This document shows, piece after piece, positions 14,701 to 26,271 of a stretch of 64,000 bases of DNA. The DNA is from Antedon mediterranea (Eukaryota; Animalia; Echinodermata): NCBI RefSeq assembly GCF_964355755.1, contig NC_092674.1, forward strand, positions 23,994,001 to 24,058,000. The letters run 5' to 3'. The notes under the pieces are model-generated. The model worked only from the letters and a program-made list of their open reading frames with translations, made no database searches and was not told the origin of the DNA. Every line of letters starts with the position of its first letter. The first letter of the stretch is position 1. A program made the translations under genes and the position numbers.

Positions 14701-17700
14701 TACGATATATAAGTTGTACAGTAGATACATTTTTCTTTATATAATGTGTACGATATATAAGTTGTACAGTAGATACATTTTTCTTTATATAATGTGTACA
14801 ATATATAAGTTGTACAGTAGATAGGTTTTACTAGAGTCTATAAAGTTATATGATGTACGTATGTATGTACTGTACATAATTTGTATTGATATACTCTGTT
14901 TATTAATCAACAGAAAAGTACTCATACTTAAAAGAGTTTTTGAGTGAACTTTCATTTGATGATCGCTGCAGTTTCATCCAAGATTGGAGTACAAATGGTA
15001 TGGTATTTCTGGACTTCATTCACATTCTAGAAAAACTTGAAGAGCTGCAACGAGGCATCGGTAATGCGTTTGATCTAGAGAAGCTGCAACCGCAGCTTGC
15101 GTCTCTTTGCAACCGTGTTCGAAGCCTACAATGTAGAACTGCTAAGGACAGGCTGTGCCAGTCAGAAATGTCGAAAAAGCTTGCCAATATGATGAAGGCG
15201 GTTATTCGTTTACAGGTATGATTATTCTATCTTAACCTAATGGTATAATGTATGGCAACTTAAAGGGGGATTCTGGGTTTAAAATTGCTTTTAAATATCG
15301 TTTATTTATTAAATAAAAAACATTATAACAATATAGACATGTCAGAATGAAGAAGTAATAACGAGAAATTAAAAAAATTAAATTTCATATACATTTTAGG
15401 GTAAATTCATGGAAAGTCTGTTTTTCAGCAGCTTAGGGAAGCTCATTAATATTCATGAGATATTCACAAAATCACGTCATCAGTGGATTCCAAACTCGCG
15501 ACGTCAAGCTTGTACGTTATGTTCTCTCTCCTCTGTCAAACGATGACCACCCGATCATTGTGAAATACATTTTTTTGTAGATTTGCTAAGCTAGGCCTAA
15601 AGTGTAATAATAACAGTAGTAGCATATATTTATTTGACATTTAATGAAATACAAAATTTAGTACAGATTACGGAGTCATAAATTATACTATTTTTATACC
15701 TCGAATTAATAGTACAGATCGTATATCGGCTTCACGTACTAGTAGGCTAGGCCTAGCCTAAATCATTTTATTCATGCCGGGGTGAGAGCCATTTCTGACT
15801 AGGGATTCCATGCCACGATGGCTACGTTAAAACATTGCATTGGGGCCATCATTCATGGGCCTAGCTAGCCTATTACTAAACGATTGGCCCATAAATAACA
15901 AAACTCAGTGGATTCCAAACCCATCCTATCAAAACCAAACTCCTAAACAATCTAGGCCTAAACCTAAAACGTTCTACAAAAATCGGCTGTAAATATTGAG
16001 GCAAAACAAGGTCCGATCGCCGTCCGCACGTCTAATAAGTAGGCCTAGTTAGTTTACTCTCCAAAAAAGCGGATACTGCATCAAGCAAGTAGACCGGTAT
16101 GTAGTAGGAAGGAGACCTAGCTAGCCTAGCCTAGCCGATCCGGCCCAGTTAAAAATTGAGCTAGCTAGTGTAGTAGACCCTATGCGAATTGATACTACCA
16201 GGCCTTTTACTATAGGCTACACTTGTTAAAATTAGCAATACTGTACTTATGTTTACAAATATTCCAACTCTTTCATTCGAGCTATATTATCTATACCATT
16301 CCGGTAGGTTGAGTCGACCTTCAATCAAATACTGTACATCGTTCATGTTGTGATATAGACGGGGTATACTCGACCCGACCAGTTTGGTATTGTATACTGT
16401 ATCTGCTTATCACGTGACGATGCCAGGCATGGGCAGAGAGAGCACGTGTATCGTCGTCTCGCTCTCCTCGCTCAGCAGGTGGTGCAGGATTGTATACGTT
16501 ACGCTTCATTGATTTTGAAGGCTTTCCCTAAGTCAGTGCGAAAATCGGCAAACGTAAAGTGCAAACTTATCTAATTTTTCACTGTTTTGATGGATTTTCA
16601 TAGAAAATTGATTTTATAAATGGGAAGACCGACTAAAATTACATAAGATAAGTATAATTTTACAAAAGTAATTGATATGGTTAATGATAACGAGTCGTCG
16701 GAAGATTGACCATTTCACGAATTTCGTATTCTGTAACCACAGTGTGATTTTGCCGTAGCTGCACTTGTAATCTGGCCTCATTTCACAGCCTTCGTTCTGC
16801 TTCACTGGGCGCTTATATAAATTGAAACTTTTACCGTTCAAGAGACAAACAAATATATTTTACATTTTTTACTATTCATTTTAAACCCGGAACCCCCCTT
16901 TAAGCTCTGTCTACACTATTAAAAAAGTTTGACAAAAAAAGTGTGATGTGCTCAAATATTGTAGTGATATGCCCAAATATGGTAGTGATGTGACATGTAT
17001 CATATATGGGCACATAGCATTTTTTTGTCACATAAACTTTGATATTGTAGGCAGAGCGCAACAGTTATCTAAAGCATAAATTTAGCTTATGTTTGAATGT
17101 TGGGTATATAGCATTTTGTAAACAGTGTGTCGACTAAGCGGTTAAGCAGGGACAGTGAAGACCATAAGACAAAAAATCTATACACTTTAATGAACCATGG
17201 TGTACTTGTCCATCTTGGCCCTTGTCGTTATTATTGAATGATTGCTGTTGATCAACAAAAGGGACCATTAACCGTGGTTCCCAGTAGGACGGAATGCAAC
17301 CGACGCAACAGTGTTGCAAACACCCCTACGGGAAATAAAATCAGTTTAATTTCACGCAACACAATGCAACAACACAGGAAAACACAGTACAGTTTGTAGT
17401 CAAGTATGCAGTGTGAACCAGGCAAAAGTCTAACTAACGTTGACACGCAACCAAGCAGATTTGATTTCACGCAGGCAGGGGCAAACACAATTATTTAAAG
17501 AGCATTTTCTTTCTTACATTGTATAGGTTGCGTTTTTTTTTTCATTTCAAAAAGACATTTATTTTCCACCATAGCAAAACAATACAAAATAGTATACAGA
17601 AATGATCAGGGAAAAAAATATGGATATTAATGATTGTTGTTGGATGGACAAAAGAAAAGAGGCTATGCAGGAAGGCATAATCCCGAGAAGATGTGGGTAT

Positions 17701-19205
17701 CTTGTGCTGGGTATGCCTATGCTAATAAAATGGATATGTATATAAGAGTGGGAATTACGAGAAACAAGCATACAAAACAAAAACAAAAAAACGCACAGAC
17801 GGGGGGAAATAAATAGAAATAAATAAATAAATAAATAAATAAAAATAAAATCAATCAGTTTTTAGTATCAGAAAATAAAACTCAAAATCACAGAAGATCA
17901 GAGTAGCAGCAGCAGCAAAAATAAAATTGCGACATTCGATTGTCGTTTAAATTTTTTGGAAAATGAAGTAATTGAAACAGCATTTGTAATTGGGGATGGT
18001 AGGCTGTAGACTGTTCATAATTGATGAACCATATTATCTAATACTTTTTTGAAAATAATTGGTTTTATGGATAGGTATGTGAATATCTGTTCTAGAACGT
18101 GTAGGGTAATTGTGAATAGAAAAATTGCAAATAAACATTGCTTAAATGATTTGGAGAAGTGTAATGCAGGGCGGAGAATACAAATTTGCCTTGTTGCATT
18201 AAGTTTATATCAGTGAGTTTGAGGAGATTAAGGTTGGAAAATAAATGGGAAGAATGGGACTGCGGTGGAGCGCCAGTTATAATCCTGATAGCCTTCTTTT
18301 GTATTATTTGCAGTTTACTTAGGTTTGGATACGTAAGTGTTGGCCCAAACAATGTTACAGTAGCTCAAATAGGGAAGAATGAGGGAGCAGTAAAGGGTTC
18401 GAAGAATATTAAGGGGTACAAATGCGTTGCATCGCTAGTTCACAGCACTTTGCGACAGTTGAAATAGGCACAGTACAAATACGAATCCATTACCCATTAT
18501 TAGGGAGGTTTTGCAATCTTACAAATACGATAACCAAACACGCGTATTCATTTTTTGTAAGCCATGAAAAATCTGTTTTGCATGGCAACGAAATATTGAG
18601 GGCGCCGTCCAAAATATGACTGCGGTAAATTTGAGCGAATTGGCAGGTACGTGTTGTTTGGTGCTTGGCTGCCTAGGCCTAGCCGCGTAACATCAAAGCG
18701 AGTAAGGACTTTAAATACTGCTATTTATCAAAATTGACCTGGCATTTTAGTAAATTACTTTAGTAAATTACTTTCAATAAATCTATAATTATATTATAAT
18801 CATGAATCATTCCTTATTCAAATGCAAAATGTGTAAAATAGATCAAAAACTATACTCGTTTTGTAGTCACGAATATGACTGGTGGTATTCGTCAACACGA
18901 ATACGCTTTACGAATATGAAATGGGGATCAGCTCAAAAGTTTCACAAATGTGTGACGTATCCGTTTACGTTATCGTATTCGTAAGGTTGTGAAACCTCCC
19001 TATTATAATAACTATATGCTGTAACAAAATACTACACAGCAGTTAACTATGTCAATAATTACTTTGATTACAGAATGTTGAAGACAGTAGAATCCCATCT
19101 ATACAGCTTGCCCATCATGTTGGCAAGCTGCCAATGCCTGAGGATTATGGGTTAGAAGAGATGAGAATGCTGACGCGGAGTTACATGTTAGAACTAACTG
19201 CATAA
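2752..19205 (+). CDS. NUP98: Nup98-Nup96 precursor, Nup96-coding 3' portion (5' part lies outside the window)
   Basis: Phase-compatible GT-AG exons: 2752-2931, 3285-3377, 3544-3654, 4211-4489, 5389-5525, 6373-6619, 7032-7147, 7278-7457, 7786-7922, 8777-8840, 9187-9401, 9992-10147, 10480-10609, 13658-13781, 14914-15215, 19074-19205 (TAA). Motifs match Nup96: LGISTHRMQVMKASF, MGRSFRASFGPNW, WDLCVALWGHL, MDWKRALAIHLWY, AAQLEALGLWHWAVFVLLH, IPAKWIHEAK, DRLCQSEMSK, KLPMPEDY. Confidence 0.93.
3036..3162 (+). mobile_element. tRNA(Gly-like)-derived SINE
   Basis: GTAGCTTGGTGGTTAACATGCTTGCCTTCCAA head; related copies at 9737-9870 (-) and 50650-50752 (+). Confidence 0.55.
4505..4745 (-). mobile_element. 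tRNA-headed SINE with Nin/Deu-like central domain
   Basis: Minus strand reads GTGGCTAAGCGGTTAAGAC (A box), then GATAATGACTATAAACCGTAGGTCCC and AAAGAACC, ending in a (TAAA)n tail; a similar core fragment is at 51210-51305. Confidence 0.55.
5569..5696. mobile_element. PIF/Harbinger-type MITE (AGCTTGGTT..CACTAG family)
   Basis: TIRs AGCTTGGTTTACACTAG / CTAGTGGGAACCATGCT flanked by TAA on both sides; relatives at 22571-22822, ~25918 and ~53130-53236. Confidence 0.7.
8009..8680 (+). mobile_element. Chimeric 5S rRNA + tRNA-headed SINE with Nin/Deu-like domain (degenerate)
   Basis: 8009-8130 resembles 5S rRNA (CCGAAGTTAA, TGGATGGGAGACC, GGTGCTGTA), followed by a tRNA-like block, then GGATGGGATGTAAAGC and CACTATTCGAAAAGAG motifs. 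Confidence 0.6.
8928..9132. repeat. Degenerate ~20-bp tandem repeat (GGGTGTCCCAAAA), intronic
   Basis: About 10 GGGTGTCC(C/T)AAAA-like units. Confidence 0.75.
10652..12040 (+). mobile_element. Non-autonomous Helentron-type (HINE/DINE-like) element with nested solo LTR
   Basis: Sub-TIRs TACCTCCGCC (10657) / GGCGGAGGTA (12005), internal (GTTT/GTCT)n microsatellite, 3' hairpin CACTCTCGGAGTG, CTAGTT end. Confidence 0.7.
10704..11377. mobile_element. Probable solo LTR (674 bp)
   Basis: TGTG...CACA termini with exact 5-bp TSD GTTTG (10699-10703 and 11378-11382); the TSD lies in microsatellite, which weakens it as evidence. Confidence 0.55.
12440..13622. mobile_element. Kolobok-like non-autonomous DNA transposon (TTAA-flanked) containing a large internal palindrome
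   Basis: TTAA|AGATGTATTGTCCC start and GGGAATGTGTCT|TTAA end; the same left end occurs at 12904 and 49452. Confidence 0.5.
12833..13281. repeat. Perfect inverted repeat, 218-bp arms and 13-bp spacer
   Basis: 12833-13050 is the reverse complement of 13064-13281; identical peptide on both strands in the ORF track. Confidence 0.95.
13810..13966 (-). mobile_element. Penelope-like terminal repeat fragment (truncated hammerhead)
   Basis: Near-identical to 22906-23062 but cut within the CTGATGA box. Confidence 0.5.
14300..14832. repeat. 48/49-bp tandem repeat interrupted by a short retroposon tail (14522-14608)
   Basis: Unit ATATAATGTGTACAATATATAAGTTGTACAGTAGATACATTTTACTTT, ~9 copies. Confidence 0.9.
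15264..16899. mobile_element. Kolobok-like non-autonomous DNA transposon, 1.64 kb
   Basis: TIRs AGGGGGATTCTGGGTTTAAAAT / ATTTTAAACCCGGAACCCCCCT with TTAA on both sides. Confidence 0.75.
16903..17058. mobile_element. Harbinger-type MITE (AGCTCTGTCTACACTATCAAAC family)
   Basis: TIRs plus GTGCCCATATATGG core; copies at ~7600-7722, 20819-20943, 42260-43050, 51308-51552, 52670-52796. Confidence 0.7.
17555..18495 (-). mobile_element. 5'-truncated CR1/L2-type LINE 3' fragment
   Basis: Minus-strand peptide YPNLSKLQIIQKKAIRIITGAPPQSHSSHLFSNLNLLKL resembles the region C-terminal to CR1/L2 RT; frame is broken; AT-rich 3' UTR. Confidence 0.7.
18502..19001. mobile_element. MITE with AGGGAGGTTT TIRs and ATT TSD (PIF/Harbinger-related)
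   Basis: ATT|AGGGAGGTTTTGCAATCTTAC ... GTAAGGTTGTGAAACCTCCCT|ATT; inverted copy at ~37132-37590. Confidence 0.75.
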
Positions 19206-20100
19206 AGACCAGTCAAGAAATGTCAGTCAAGAAATGTCAGTCTCGCATGCTCATGTCAATGCCTCATATATGCCTGTCTCTCATGAACGTATGTATGCTC
19301 ATAATGACTGATATGTTCATGTTGTTATCTCGCATACTCATGTGATTCTCGCAAATGTCTGTCGCTTGTTTTGTTTTCGATAGTTGTCTGACTGTATCAC
19401 TTGTAATGCCTATGAATTTATATCATGTATTTTCACAGTTTGATGGTCTATTATGTGTTAATACCAGATATTCATAAGTGCATATGTTCATGTGACGTGA
19501 GAGTCGCATGTTCATGTGAGGATCTCGCATGTTCATGTGAGGATCCCACATGTTTATGTGAGGATCTCACATTTTCATGTAGAATCTCACATGATCTATT
19601 TGCACCTTTTTGTTGTATCATGGGTAATACATCCAGATATTCACATGTCCATATCTCACATGTGTGAGTCTCGTATTTCTCTCCATATGAGTTGCTCTTT
19701 AACGTTGCCTTATGTAAGACTACCTCGCGTACGCCGAGTTCACTGTATATGACTTCTCACAATTCATGTCATCTTCTCACATTGTCTCGCATTCAATTAA
19801 TCTTGCATTCTCATAAGATGTTATGCAACCATTCTTCCTGAATTCGCGAGAATGGTTTTTTTTTTATAAATTAAATTATAAATGTTTGTCCAGACTCTTG
19901 TAAAGGCATCGCTAAAAAAAATAATTATGTAAATGTTGAACAAGAAAATGATAATGGTGTACATAGTTTGAAACACAGAACAGAAACATTTTATTAATAA
20001 ATATGAAAAGATTTTTCATCTACGATATAATATGTTATTTAGTCACAAAATGAACCAAATTTTATACATGTTCTTACGCTTCATAATATGGATATTATTA

Positions 20101-20286
20101 CAGTCAACTCTCCCAATACCGGACACCTTTGGGCCGGCCAAATAAGTCTGGTTTTCCGGAAAGTCTGGTATTCGGAATGTGTTTTTAATGGTAAAATTAA
20201 ATTTGGGACCTTTTGGTCCTCAAAAAAAGTTTGGTATTGGGAGAGTTTCTGGTTTTCAGAGAGTCCGGTATTGGGAGAGTTGGCTG
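20101..20286. mobile_element. Tc1/mariner-pogo-type MITE
   Basis: TA|CAGTCAACTCTCCCAATACCGGAC ... GTCCGGTATTGGGAGAGTTGGCTG|TA; degenerate relative at ~3925-4045. Confidence 0.75.
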
Positions 20287-21427
20287 TATCACTATACAGT
20301 ATTTTCATTTCAGTATCTGCAATATTTTATTATGTTAGTGAACTCTATGGTTTTTCAATAATTGAGTGAAAACATATTTTAATACGCTTAGTACTTTCAG
20401 TACTGTTCTTCTAATAAATAAATAATAAATAAACAATCAGTCCTCCACTGCTATTCCGTACTACTTACTCCCTCTGTTTTAACAAACAACCGTACTTACT
20501 CCCTCTCTGTTTTGGGACTAAATAGTGAGTTAAGATACAATAGCCTAGGTCATCATTTATTGGTATAACTTTTCTTGTAATTATTAATTTGATTGAATAA
20601 ATTAAACAAATACTTTTTTAAATTTTGTTTAAAACATTTTTATAAGACCATGTGTCATTTTCATTCCATTCCACTTGAGTTGAGCTGTCAAATATTAGAT
20701 TTTCAAAAGGGCAAGTTTTTAGGTATTAAGTTAAAAAAAACATAAAATTATTATTTGTTTAAAAGTAGTAAATGTTTCAGCTATATAACATGAAATTTGA
20801 TTTAAAAATGCATTTTTAAGCTCTGCCTAAACTATCAAACGTTATGTGATGTGCCCATATATGGACACGATGACATTTCACTACCTTATCTGGGCACATC
20901 ACACCTTTTTTGTTAAACAAGTTTGATAGTGTAGACGGAGCTTAAGTCTCTTGCGGATATTTATATTTCTACACAATTAAATATTTATGTTATTTACAGT
21001 ATGGGCAATCAAGTTCATGTTTCGATATCTTCTCTCGCGCATGTTTCGTTTTGAAGACACTTCTACAAAATGTTCATATTTCTGCGTTGGAGAGTTTTCA
21101 TATTCGTTACGGATTGTGAGGTTAAGTTGTCCTCCCCCCTCGCCCCGCCCCATGCTCTCTCGCCTGTTCCTCGTAATTCGCTTTCCATAGTTCGAGAAAC
21201 ATTCTGTGTAGTAGAGACTGACATAATATGTCAATATCATATTTCCATATAGTGAGTATCTATCGCGAAGTGCTAGTAGTTCTTCCTGACACATATCTTG
21301 AAAACATTTTTACCATGAAATAATGTACATGTTGTGGCATGTCGCTCGAACCGAGACTCGACTCGATTCGACTCTTTCATATACAGACTAGCTATTAACA
21401 TTCTCGTTATTTGTACAGATAAAAAAA

Positions 21428-22483
21428 TCACCCTAAGTTGCGTCTAAATTTTTGAAAAGCTTTTATCACTTCTCTCCGGAAGGAATGATGAAAGGTCCAT
21501 ACTAATATAGGAGTGATGAACGAATCTATTGATATTAATATATGTGACATGTACCACGGTGGTCTTTTATTTCTCTTGCCGTTAGCTGATGTTGTGCCGT
21601 TAGCTTCTGTTGTGCCGTTAGCTGCTGTTGTGCCGTTAGCTGCTATCGTGCCGTTAGCTGCTGTCGTGTCGTTACCTGCTATCGTGTCGTTATCTACTAT
21701 CGTGCCGTTATATGCTATCGTGCCGTTATTTGCTACCGTGCCGTTATCTGCTATCGTGCCGTTAGCTGCTATCATGCCGTTATCTGCTATTGTGCCGTTA
21801 GCTGCTGTTATGCCGTTATCTGCTACAGATATTGTGCCGTTAACAACAACCAATGCTATAAACCATAATGTTAATATAGTGTTTCTTGTAAGCATAAATA
21901 AAGCAATTCGGTAACTGAGTTGAATCGTGCGATTCCTTTGTCCAGAAGTTCTAAAATAGCTTGATCTTATACCGCGTACAATTTTAACACCAAATGTGTA
22001 ATTAGCAAGTAAAATTAAAAGATACACGCAATGAATAAAAATATTTTTATAAATTTTATAAATATCTATTGTTACAACTAAACAATATTCAATTGAGGCC
22101 ATAGCAGTGCTCACAATCCAAATACTCACTATTATTTTCGAGTACAACTTTTTCGTGTATATTACTTTGTATTGTGTTGGGGCTTTAACAACCGCTATGT
22201 ATCTCTCTATCGAAATGTTCAGAATAGTTAGTAAAGTTGATATGAACATGAGATTAAAATAAAACACGAGTTCTTTATGACATTTCTTCTCGTTGCTTTT
22301 TATTAAAAAATGCAAGAAAAACCCCAAACACCGTAATACTTCGGATACGGTTAGTTGACCAAGTAATATGTTGTTCTTCCGCAAGTTTCTCAGAAGAATG
22401 ATCGCACCAGCAACCAAACCGTTGGTCAGCATGTCGACAGACAATAAGCACATCAAAGATACCTTAGCTTCTTGGGAAAGCAT
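21428..22483 (-). CDS. Intronless atypical rhodopsin-class (class A) GPCR, paralog 1, 351 aa, with N-glycan repeat ECL3
   Basis: Seven hydrophobic segments; ISIERYIAV (E/DRY), TM4 Trp, TM7 DSFITPIL, helix-8 FRREV. Confidence 0.85.
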   Translation of the reverse strand: MLSQEAKVSLMCLLSVDMLTNGLVAGAIILLRNLRKNNILLGQLTVSEVLRCLGFFLHFLIKSNEKKCHKELVFYFNLMFISTLLTILNISIERYIAVVKAPTQYKVIYTKKLYSKIIVSIWIVSTAMASIEYCLVVTIDIYKIYKNIFIHCVYLLILLANYTFGVKIVRGIRSSYFRTSGQRNRTIQLSYRIALFMLTRNTILTLWFIALVVVNGTISVADNGITAANGTIADNGMIAANGTIADNGTVANNGTIAYNGTIVDNDTIAGNDTTAANGTIAANGTTAANGTTEANGTTSANGKRNKRPPWYMSHILISIDSFITPILVWTFHHSFRREVIKAFQKFRRNLG

Positions 22484-22570
22484 AGTGTTTATCCTTGGTT
22501 AAAGCTATTACTGTAATAGTTAATGCGATTATTGTATGTTATTAAACTACTAGTGGGTGATGCGTTCTAA

Positions 22571-22822
22571 GGCTTGGTTCCCACTAGAAAAAACTACGAC
22601 GCAACCTGCAACTCAAGAAAATACTCTTTCAACAATTTTACATCCCCTTCTTAATGAGAAGTTAAATCGTCACTGTTGCGACGTACGACAAACAAACCCC
22701 GCAAAAAACGTCTGTGGCACCGTGGTTACGTCGTCGGCCCTACTTGTAACACGCAATGTTATGTTTGGAACGTTGCGTCGATACGTTGCGTCTACGTCCT
22801 TGCGTTGCGTCCTAGCCAGGCT
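22571..22822. mobile_element. Harbinger-type MITE ~90 bp upstream of GPCR paralog 1 ATG
   Basis: TAA TSD; the empty site is present in the paralog-3 upstream region (~29190-29225). Confidence 0.7.
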
Positions 22823-23031
22823 TAAAAGATATCCAAGATTTGAACTAAATATTCACTCATTTCCACACGTTTCCAGCTTAATATCGTCTTTGTTATTAAC
22901 AATATAAATCCAAAGGCAAATTACTGAAAAAATGACAATGCTGTGGGTATCAGTGGCTGGATCTCAATGGAGATACAACATAAAAGCGAAAAGCTAAATC
23001 AAAACGAGAAGTAAAACAGCCAGAAAAGTTA

Positions 23032-23068
23032 GCAGAGCTTTCGGGCAACACTAGCCCTTCATCAGTGC
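23032..23068 (-). ncRNA. Minimal type I hammerhead ribozyme-like motif in a Penelope-like repeat (22906-23075)
   Basis: Minus strand GCA CTGATGA A GGGC TAGTGTT GCCC GAA AGCT C TGC: core boxes, 4-bp helix II, palindromic helix III, 3-bp helix I. Confidence 0.55.
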
Positions 23069-23992
23069 AAGTGATATATACAGTATATATATATATATAT
23101 ATCATTGCCTAATGTGTTTCTATATATATATATATATTATATTATATTAGTACTGTATATCTTTTATAATATAAGAGAATAAAATCCGAGCATATTAACC
23201 ACCACTACTGGCTGTTGAGCTGTTCTAAGTCAGCTGATGTCGTTAAAGTAAGTTGAAGTTACAGTGCGTTATCGCTATTGGCTACCGGTACCTAAATTAA
23301 TAAATTTGTCTTTCCGGACCTCGTAAATTTTTAATGATAATATCAATAACAGCGTGCAGTTGGTAATATACTTCTAGAAGGTTAGATATTCGTTACTTAC
23401 TACTTTATGCCACGCTGAAAATGCGCAACCAGTCAAAACGGCTTATAGGCCTATTGCCAATTATCTTTTTTCAAGTTCAATGTATTCAGCCAAAATTAAA
23501 ATTAAATACAAAAGTAAAAAATTATATGAATTAAGATTACATCATTTTTAACTGCTTTTGCTCGAACTGCGACAGTTTGTTTACGGGCGTTAAGGGTCTT
23601 TCACACCTGTTCCGGCACGGTTCCGGACCGGCGAATCGAACATCAATGTTTCGTTTTCACGCGGCCATGATATGCGCCAATCGATATGAGCGTAGCCGCT
23701 TGAAAACGAAACATTGACGTTCGATTGGATTTTTCGGTGCCGGAAAGACCCTTAGTCTTGTCGATTATTGTTGATCAAAATCTTCATGATTAGGAGACAG
23801 CGAGAAGTTAAATATGAGAACATTGTACAAGGAAATATGTAGATTAAAGTATAAAGTTTCTGCAAAAGTATTGTGACCCACTCAGACTAGTGCACAACTG
23901 TACTAGAAATCGCAAAGTGCAAGTGAGTGTTTCGAGAGCAGATCTAACGTAGTTTGATGATAGTGCCGCGTCCTCCTATATACAAACAAACC

Positions 23993-24290
23993 GAATAATA
24001 ATATATAATAATAATAACAGGATTTTTATAGCGCACATACCACTCAAGAGTGCTCAAGGCGCATTCAAAAAAATAAAAACAAATCATACAAATGCCTGAC
24101 AAATAAAATGCAATTTCTTTGGAGGGTCCCCATCCGTTCTCGTTCTGTCGCGGTCCCAGACCCCTACCTAGGTGACCAAACAAAGGAACAGGATACACAT
24201 TTGCCTTGCCACAGACGACCGGGTGCTCAGAGACAACAACCAAGACAGAGGCACCCCAAAGATAATGCTGGTCAGGAAAAAGTATACGAA
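23993..24290 (-). mobile_element. Truncated retroposon insertion with (TTA)n tail
   Basis: Absent from the duplicated flank at ~27850. Confidence 0.6.
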
Positions 24291-24558
24291 TATCTATATT
24301 AAACTCTTCTCATTGGATAACAAATGCAGTGTATCGTTGCCTGCAATAAGTGATTTCACCCGCAAAGAGAGAAAGTCGTAAACATGCCTAGCTCGACTTA
24401 GGCCAATGTTTTGTAGTCAAACAATAAACTTTCGGATCTGAAAGCAATAAAGCGTGACGGGGGAGGGGTCAAATTACTGTGTAGAACATGAATAGCCGTT
24501 ATCGTTAGTCGTTTGTAGACTACAGAAAAGTATCACCATGCAAGAGTGAAAGTACAGT

Positions 24559-25504
24559 CTAATTTCGCTCTTTTCTGGTCTTTCTAAATTTTTGAAAAGC
24601 TTTTATCACTTCTCTCCGGAAGGAATGGTGAAAGGTCCATACTAATATAGGAGTGATGAACGAATCTATTGATATTAATATATGCATTATGTGATGACTG
24701 ATCCACCATTCTGTCTTGTCGTTTGCTGCTGCTACCGTGCCGTTTGCTGATACCGTGCCGTTTGCTGCTACCGTGCCGTTTGCTGCTGCCGTGCCGTATA
24801 GATGCTATCGTACCATTAGACATGGGTCCATAATCAGCATGTGGGACAACAAACAATACGATAAACGATAATGTTAATAAAGTATTTCTTGTCAGCGTAA
24901 ATAAAGCAATCCGGTAACTAAGTTGAAACGTGCGATTCCTTTGTCCAGAAGTTCTAAAATAGCTTGATCTTATACCGCGTACAATTTTAACTCCAAATGT
25001 GTAATTAGCAAGTATAATCAAAATATACATACTGTGCATAAAAATATCTTCATCTGGATTACAAAATATGACAACTAGACAATAGTCAAGAAAGATAATA
25101 GAAGTGCTCACAATCCAAATACTCACTATTATTTTCGAGTACAACTTTTTCGTGTATATTACTTTGTATTGTGTTGGGGCTTTAACAACCGCTATGTATC
25201 TCTCTATTGAAATGTTCAGAATAGTTAGTAAAGTTGATATGAACATGAAGTTTTTAAAACAAAACATTACCGGTGCATGACAGTCACTGTCGCCGCTGTG
25301 CATACCCGTGTCATTGGAGGACACGGAATATAGAAGAAAGCCAAAACACCGTATTACTTCGGATACGGTTAAGTGACAAAGTAATATGTTGTTCTTCCGC
25401 AAGTTCCTCAGAAGAATAATCGCACCAGCAACCAAACCGTTGGTCAGAATGTCGACAGACAATAAGCACACCACCAAAGACACCTTAGCTTTTAGAGGAA
25501 GCAT
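24559..25504 (-). pseudogene. GPCR paralog 2, frameshifted in ECL3 (ORF 24584-25504 lacks TM7)
   Basis: 1-bp insertion at ~24798 relative to paralog 3 (GCCGTATAG vs GCCGTTAG); downstream TM7/helix-8 DNA is intact in another frame, ending at TAG 24559. Confidence 0.75.
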
Positions 25505-26271
25505 AGTGTTTACCCTTGGTTAAATCTATCACTGTAATAGTCCGAGTGAGCTAACCAGTACTGATGTCGGGCTGTTTGTGATATTGATACTGATGATATA
25601 TAAATTTTTAGTGCATTATGGCTATATTTCACTTAAATTGAATTAAATTTCCTCTTCCTGACATCGTACATTTTTAATGATAATGTTATTAACAGACTGT
25701 TGTTGTAGGCCTACTGTTTGTAATTATATACTTTTAGTTGGTGTATTAAGCACAACCAATCAGACCTCAGAAATGTTCGTTACGTGCGAATAAATGTAAA
25801 GTGTAAAGTTCAATTTATTCAGCCAAAATTATAATAAACAACAAAGGCACAATATTTTTAATTAAGATGACGTCATGTTTAATGTTTTAGAACCTGAGTG
25901 AGTGGCCGAGTGGTTAAAGCTTGGTTCCCACTAGCTACGCAACGTAACGCAATCTACGCAACGTAAGCAACTGCCCTAATTGTGTTTGCCTCCGCCTGCG
26001 TGAAATCAAACCTGCGATACAGCATTTTACGTCAATACGTCGCTACAATATTATATGAATTAAGATTACATCATTTTTAACTGTTTTTGCTTGAACTGCG
26101 ACAGTTCGTTTACTTACTTTCACACCTGTTCCGCCGGCACGGTTCCGGTCCGGCGAATCGAACAACAATGTTTCTTTTTCACGTGGCCATGCGCCAATCG
26201 ACATGAGCGTAGCCGCTTGAAAACGAAACATTGACGTTCGATTGGATTTTTCGGTGCCGGAAAGACCCTTA

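Noticed and set aside
21513-21914. Hydrophobic 133-aa plus-strand ORF (VPLAA repeats)
   Set aside because: Antisense shadow of the GPCR 18-bp repeat
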